In this document: piece after piece, positions 43,388 to 47,140 of the stretch
Position numbering within the stretch: position 1 is the stretch's first letter
Layout: each line of letters starts with the position of its first letter
IMG/VR virus record: IMGVR_UViG_3300043036_000090
Span: 1 to 47,140 of that record
DNA: 47,140 bases
Strand: one strand, 5' to 3'
From: a virus
Lineage: Duplodnaviria > Caudoviricetes
Notes under the pieces: model-generated
Told to the model about the DNA's origin: nothing
The model's input: the letters and a program-made list of their open reading frames with translations, nothing else
Databases searched by the model: none
Program-made: the position numbers and the translations under genes

Positions 43388-43763
43388 AGAATTTGTAACA
43401 TACGGACAAGCCGCAGAATTAAAGAAACTATTGTACGGCGAGCATTATGGAGATGATTATTTCGCTTGGTATTCTAGCAATAAAGACTTCCATTATAGGA
43501 ATATGAATTCGCCTGTTTACCCAAACAATCAGTCCTTTATTGCACCACTTAAACAACAGGTGTTTGCTTGGTTTAGAGATAAGTATAACCTAAGCGCTTA
43601 TATAACCAATAGGTTGCATTGTGTGCACGAAATAGAATCGTGGAAATGTGTTATAGATGATATGTTTTATCCATTAATGACTTATGATACCTACGAAGAA
43701 GCAGAGAATGCTACAATAGATAAATTAATTGAACTAGCTAAAGAGAAAAACAATGAAAACTAA
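43380..43763 (+). CDS. Hypothetical protein (EFVTY.QA.ELK...APLKQQVF.WFR type)
   Basis: ATG 43380 preferred over TTG 43353. Confidence 0.65.
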   Translation: MNKEFVTYGQAAELKKLLYGEHYGDDYFAWYSSNKDFHYRNMNSPVYPNNQSFIAPLKQQVFAWFRDKYNLSAYITNRLHCVHEIESWKCVIDDMFYPLMTYDTYEEAENATIDKLIELAKEKNNEN

Positions 43764-43914
43764 ACTAATCGCCCTTGCAATCATCTTATCCTCGTGTAGC
43801 GCACCTGAGATACCAGAGCCAGCAAAGACTCCTGATTATGTAAAGAGTTACACCATTCAGGTACAGCCTAATGGTATCACAAATTATCCAAAGTATATAC
43901 CATTTTTAAAATGA
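43753..43914 (+). CDS. Small lipoprotein (53 aa, not in ORF track)
   Basis: MKTKLIALAIILSS-CSAPEIPEPAK..., with lipobox LSSC. Confidence 0.65.
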   Translation: MKTKLIALAIILSSCSAPEIPEPAKTPDYVKSYTIQVQPNGITNYPKYIPFLK

Positions 43915-44090
43915 CACCAAAAGAATACACCCAAAAACTTGTTGACCAGATTATGTTCAACACATCACTTACTCACTTAGATGAGGTAAAAGAAGTGGCA
44001 AAGATTGTAGTGGATGAGATTAAACTAAATAGCATTGATGATTCATCCAAGTACCTTAACCAAGTTATCCAAGAAATAGAAAAGTTATGA
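43911..44090 (+). CDS. MTPKE-family small protein (59 aa, not in ORF track)
   Basis: MTPKEYTQKL...AKIVVDEI...QVIQEIEKL, with ATGA overlaps at both ends. Confidence 0.7.
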   Translation: MTPKEYTQKLVDQIMFNTSLTHLDEVKEVAKIVVDEIKLNSIDDSSKYLNQVIQEIEKL

Positions 44091-44284
44091 CACCTAAAGA
44101 AAAGGCAAAAGAATTGTATACGACATATATCGACTATACATTTGGAGATTTTAATTGTAAGCAATGTGCATTAATTGCAGTAGATGAAATACTCGAAGAT
44201 AATGTAGATGATATGAGCGAAGAACTCTTTGATATAAGAATAGAATATTGGCAAGAAGTTAAACAAGAAATAGAAAAGTTATGA
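44087..44284 (+). CDS. MTPKE-family small protein (65 aa)
   Basis: MTPKEKAKEL...ALIAVDEI...YWQEVKQEIEKL. Confidence 0.7.
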   Translation: MTPKEKAKELYTTYIDYTFGDFNCKQCALIAVDEILEDNVDDMSEELFDIRIEYWQEVKQEIEKL

Positions 44285-44526
44285 GCGACACGCGATACAA
44301 AGACTTCGAGCTATTTGACTTAGAAAAAAGAATATACGACTTGAATCTACCATTTGGAACTAATAACGATGTTATAGCGAAATTTGTTTGCGATGAGATT
44401 AAGCGTGAGCTATACTATAATAAGGACAGGATGGATAGTTATAGATTCTGGGATGAGATGAAAACTCATATAATACAGGAAGAAATTAAACTACAAGAAA
44501 GATTAGACAAACTAAAAGAAAAATGA
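44281..44526 (+). CDS. Hypothetical protein, possible diverged MTPKE-family member
   Basis: AKFVCDEI...FWDEMK. Confidence 0.6.
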   Translation: MSDTRYKDFELFDLEKRIYDLNLPFGTNNDVIAKFVCDEIKRELYYNKDRMDSYRFWDEMKTHIIQEEIKLQERLDKLKEK

Positions 44527-44822
44527 AAAAGAAAATATCACTTAAATACTACCGCAACGCGTCATCATCTGAGATAGCGGAGATTGACTACAATGAATTG
44601 CGCGCACTTCATTACACAAAGTCAAGTAACTTTGTAAGATTACTCGGTTCAAACGAGGATAGAATTGAGGCATACCTTATGCGCAAAGGATGGATAAAAA
44701 TTAACATTACCACGTTCAACAAATTAAAGGATGGATTCGAACAAGAACGAACAATATTACAAGATGGCGATTGCTTGGGGAGAAAACTATCTAAAGGAAA
44801 ACCTGTCCCCGAGAAAGTTTAA
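44523..44822 (+). CDS. Hypothetical protein (99 aa)
   Basis: Coupled ORF whose 3' end overlaps the next ORF by about 90 nt. Confidence 0.55.
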   Translation: MKKKISLKYYRNASSSEIAEIDYNELRALHYTKSSNFVRLLGSNEDRIEAYLMRKGWIKINITTFNKLKDGFEQERTILQDGDCLGRKLSKGKPVPEKV

Positions 44823-44994
44823 TTATAAGCAAGGCGTTGAAATAACCGATGACTTGAAGTTCGTATCAGTTAACATCGAAAGAATTAAGCATAGCAAGGG
44901 GGCAGAGTTACACGCCTCTTATGCTAGGCTTAGAGAGTTTAAACAATTCTACGAAAAGATTAAAGAAAAAGGTTTGCTTAATAAAATAGTTTAA
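44731..44994 (+). CDS. Hypothetical protein (87 aa)
   Basis: ORF ending at the promoter. Confidence 0.6.
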   Translation: MDSNKNEQYYKMAIAWGENYLKENLSPRKFNYKQGVEITDDLKFVSVNIERIKHSKGAELHASYARLREFKQFYEKIKEKGLLNKIV

Positions 44995-45003
44995 TTATCT
45001 TTG
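44973..45003 (+). promoter_or_regulatory. Full-consensus Bacteroidota promoter
   Basis: TTTG (44973-44976), 19-bp spacer, TATCTTTG (44996-45003). Confidence 0.8.
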
Positions 45004-45011
45004 ATATAGTA

Positions 45012-45076
45012 ATCGAGTTGGTGTAATTGGTAACACGCCCAGAAGGGTAATGCTCGTTCGAATCGGGCACTTGATT
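45012..45076 (+). ncRNA. tRNA-like RNA with truncated anticodon arm
   Basis: Acceptor ATCGAGT/ACTTGAT, TG, D arm GTGT-AATTGGTA-ACAC, G, mini arm CCC-AGAA-GGG, TAAT, T arm GCTCG-TTCGAAT-CGGGC. No encoded CCA. Confidence 0.8.
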
Positions 45077-45121
45077 GAATTTATAGCCGATAGGGTATAT
45101 TAACATTTAAACAAACGAACA

Positions 45122-45316
45122 ATGAAAAAATTTATCACGATTACAACAAGAAAAGATGGAGCTATCGTAAGAAGCTGGATTGACTCTGAAAAGATTGTAC
45201 AGCTATCTCAAAATTCAGTAACTCAAGCAGGAGAAAATGAAGGAATCTGCGTGTTTGCTGACGGAACAACTATTCCAGTAATAGCTTTTGACGAAACTAT
45301 TAGTTCTTTATCTTAA
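45122..45316 (+). CDS. Hypothetical protein (64 aa)
   Basis: Beta-rich small ORF after the tRNA-like element. Confidence 0.65.
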   Translation: MKKFITITTRKDGAIVRSWIDSEKIVQLSQNSVTQAGENEGICVFADGTTIPVIAFDETISSLS

Positions 45317-45327
45317 ACAACCAAACA

Positions 45328-45540
45328 ATGAAAGCAAGAGTAGGCGAAGTTAAATTAGTAGATAACAAAGGCAAGAAAAAAGGTGCTAAAGATTCCTATT
45401 ACGGAGTTATCTTGAAGCACAACGGACAATACAATTCATTATTGTTCACAGAACTTGAGTTGAAGGTGGCGTTTCAACGTGCCGCTTCTAATCAAGAGGA
45501 TGTATTAGATAGAAACTATATCTCGTTATTATTGGATTAA
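45328..45540 (+). CDS. Hypothetical protein (70 aa)
   Basis: AACCAAACA leader. Confidence 0.65.
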   Translation: MKARVGEVKLVDNKGKKKGAKDSYYGVILKHNGQYNSLLFTELELKVAFQRAASNQEDVLDRNYISLLLD

Positions 45541-45541
45541 T

Positions 45542-45733
45542 ATGCCAGACATAGCATTATGCCAAAACAAGGATTGCCCATCGTCTAATCGGTGTCATCG
45601 CTTCCTTGTAATACCAAATGAATTTTCGCAGGTGTACGTAGAATTCACCCCATCAGTGGGAGAAGAACGTTGTATATATTATATAAACTATGACAAAACT
45701 AGAACTGATACTAGAACAATTTCCCGACAATAA
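45542..45733 (+). CDS. Small Cys-rich protein
   Basis: MPDIALC..DCP...CHRF...C motif. Confidence 0.65.
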   Translation: MPDIALCQNKDCPSSNRCHRFLVIPNEFSQVYVEFTPSVGEERCIYYINYDKTRTDTRTISRQ

Positions 45734-45950
45734 TTTTGTTAAACTAGATGGTTTAGACGAAGCAATTATTGGAGTCTATGCTGATACGGAAACTCCTAGG
45801 TTGGTTTATTCTATTGGCGAAATTACAGAATGCTTTGTTAAACAAGGTATGACACCAGATGAAGCTATTGACTTCTACGAATACAATACAGCCCGTTCAA
45901 TACCTTACGTAAAGGATGCGCCTATATTAATTTACACTGATTTTTTCTAA
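45690..45950 (+). CDS. Conserved phage hypothetical protein (86 aa)
   Basis: DGLDEAIIG..RLVYS..MT.DEAIDFYEYN motif. Confidence 0.65.
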   Translation: MTKLELILEQFPDNNFVKLDGLDEAIIGVYADTETPRLVYSIGEITECFVKQGMTPDEAIDFYEYNTARSIPYVKDAPILIYTDFF

Positions 45951-46390
45951 TGAAAGGCGATAGACTAGATTGTCCTTATTGCAAGTATCCGTATGGAGAG
46001 GAAGAGATGGAGGCAATGATATGGAAGAGCTTTAAGTGCGAGAAATGTTTAAAGAAAATAAAGGTTAGACCTAAGAACGGGTACATTCATTTGGTTAAAC
46101 GAGAATGCAGGATGGCTTACTATTACAAAATGCTCGAACAAGAGAAAGATTTCAAGTATATGTATAGTGTAATCAAGCCGAGTATCTTTAGTGCTATTAA
46201 ATCATATGATAGGAAAGTTGAGAAAGAGTTTTTCTCTTCAGGTAGAGTACCTTGGGTAATGGAAGCAAGAAAGAATTTCATACAAGAATGTGACGTCGTC
46301 TCAATCCCACACCCCAGAATAGTAGCTTTCTTTGAAGCCAATGGTGGCAAATTAGATAGTAGGACAATTAAACAATATTTAAGAAACTAA
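45950..46390 (+). CDS. Zn-ribbon protein, possible DNA-binding C-terminus
   Basis: CPYC..CEKC N-terminus and a helical C-terminus. Confidence 0.55.
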   Translation: MKGDRLDCPYCKYPYGEEEMEAMIWKSFKCEKCLKKIKVRPKNGYIHLVKRECRMAYYYKMLEQEKDFKYMYSVIKPSIFSAIKSYDRKVEKEFFSSGRVPWVMEARKNFIQECDVVSIPHPRIVAFFEANGGKLDSRTIKQYLRN

Positions 46391-46394
46391 AACA

Positions 46395-46748
46395 ATGAAA
46401 AGATTATTAACAGACGCTGAGTTGCGAGATATGATTCGCTATTATGCTCACTGCCAATCACTTAGAGACTTTATTGACGAGAAGGTTGTTCCTTCTAACT
46501 TTCATTATCATAAGATAAAGCAATACACAAATATGCTTGTCAATGAACTTGAAAAGCAGGTAGATGTCTTGATGAAAGTTGAGAATGGCGAGAGCCAAGG
46601 TACTGTTTTGGAGCAGTTTATTAACGCTTCATTGATGGCAGATAATCTATTTGATATTGCTTTAAAGCTAGAGACAATAGATAGAGATAAGAAAATTGAA
46701 TGTGCAACAAGAATGTCAGATATACTAGCAGAATATGGAATCGAATAA
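46395..46748 (+). CDS. Hypothetical protein (117 aa)
   Basis: ORF in the operon. Confidence 0.6.
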   Translation: MKRLLTDAELRDMIRYYAHCQSLRDFIDEKVVPSNFHYHKIKQYTNMLVNELEKQVDVLMKVENGESQGTVLEQFINASLMADNLFDIALKLETIDRDKKIECATRMSDILAEYGIE

Positions 46749-47082
46749 GGAGACAACAACATTTACCGACAGCGTAGTGTTTGAGATTATCAAAGAGTTT
46801 GGCGAGCGCGCTGAGAAAGGATACGAAAAGTATGGAACAGATATGGACAGAACAGACCTATCAGTTGCGGATTGGTGCCAGCATTTACGTGAGGAGTTGA
46901 TGGATGGATTAGTTTATCTAACCCGATTAAAAAAGGATATTTCTTTCTTAGAAGAAGAATTAACAGCATTACGAAATCAACATACTGGCACGAAAATTGT
47001 ATATACTATTACACCGAAACCAAACGAAGTTTATACCGACGAAGAGCCAATCGTCAAGAAGAAATATAATTGGCATAGATAA
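46735..47082 (+). CDS. Conserved phage protein, possibly all-alpha NTP pyrophosphatase-like
   Basis: RAEKGYEKYG..DWCQHLREELMDGLVY carries an EE..D acidic motif. The function is a guess. Confidence 0.5.
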   Translation: MESNKETTTFTDSVVFEIIKEFGERAEKGYEKYGTDMDRTDLSVADWCQHLREELMDGLVYLTRLKKDISFLEEELTALRNQHTGTKIVYTITPKPNEVYTDEEPIVKKKYNWHR

Positions 47083-47106
47083 TTTTTTGTTTTAGTTGAA
47101 ACCTAG

Positions 47107-47140
47107 AAAGGTAGTCTGTTTTACGGGCTATCTTTTTTTT
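47107..47140 (+). terminator. Intrinsic terminator
   Basis: AAAGGTAGTCTG-TTTTA-CGGGCTATCTTT followed by a T run. Confidence 0.8.

Noticed and set aside
45012-45076. Functional decoding tRNA
   Set aside because: The anticodon arm has only 3 bp and a 4-nt loop, so no anticodon can be assigned.
658-46762. Numerous antisense or nested ORFs of 60-160 aa (e.g. 658-939, 33611-34093, 38637-39074)
   Set aside because: They are shadows of longer, motif-bearing genes on the other strand or frame.
1-47140. Stop-codon reassignment as in some crAss-like phages
   Set aside because: Long genes are intact under the standard code, TAG and TGA both terminate genes at sensible boundaries, and there is no suppressor tRNA.

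Overview
A 47-kb segment of a tailed dsDNA phage that probably infects a Bacteroidota host. The host inference rests on many TAnnTTTG -7 promoter boxes (often with a TTG -33 element 19-20 bp upstream) and A-rich leaders lacking Shine-Dalgarno sequences. The left arm (1-31.2 kb, minus strand) is a podovirus/crAss-like morphogenesis and lysis module. In gene order it holds a tandem GroES-like protein, terminase, portal, scaffold, major capsid protein, an inserted HNH gene, several tail fibres (three with S74 chaperone tails), a beta-propeller, holins/lysozyme/u-spanin, ring proteins, a muzzle-like protein and ejection proteins. The right arm (32-47 kb, plus strand) holds small early genes, a DUF932-like gene, a replication initiator with an internal iteron origin, DnaB, a PD-(D/E)XK nuclease and many small hypothetical genes. 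The most striking content is non-coding. (1) A promoter drives a ~320-nt hairpin-rich leader ending in a tRNA-elbow mimic. (2) Eight covarying ~23-nt hairpin/pseudoknot elements each sit 7-12 nt before an early start codon. (3) A complete type I hammerhead ribozyme lies between two early genes. (4) A tRNA-like RNA with a truncated anticodon arm has its own promoter. (5) A second copy of the replication-origin iterons lies next to terS. All protein family calls come from motif recognition by eye, not database searches.
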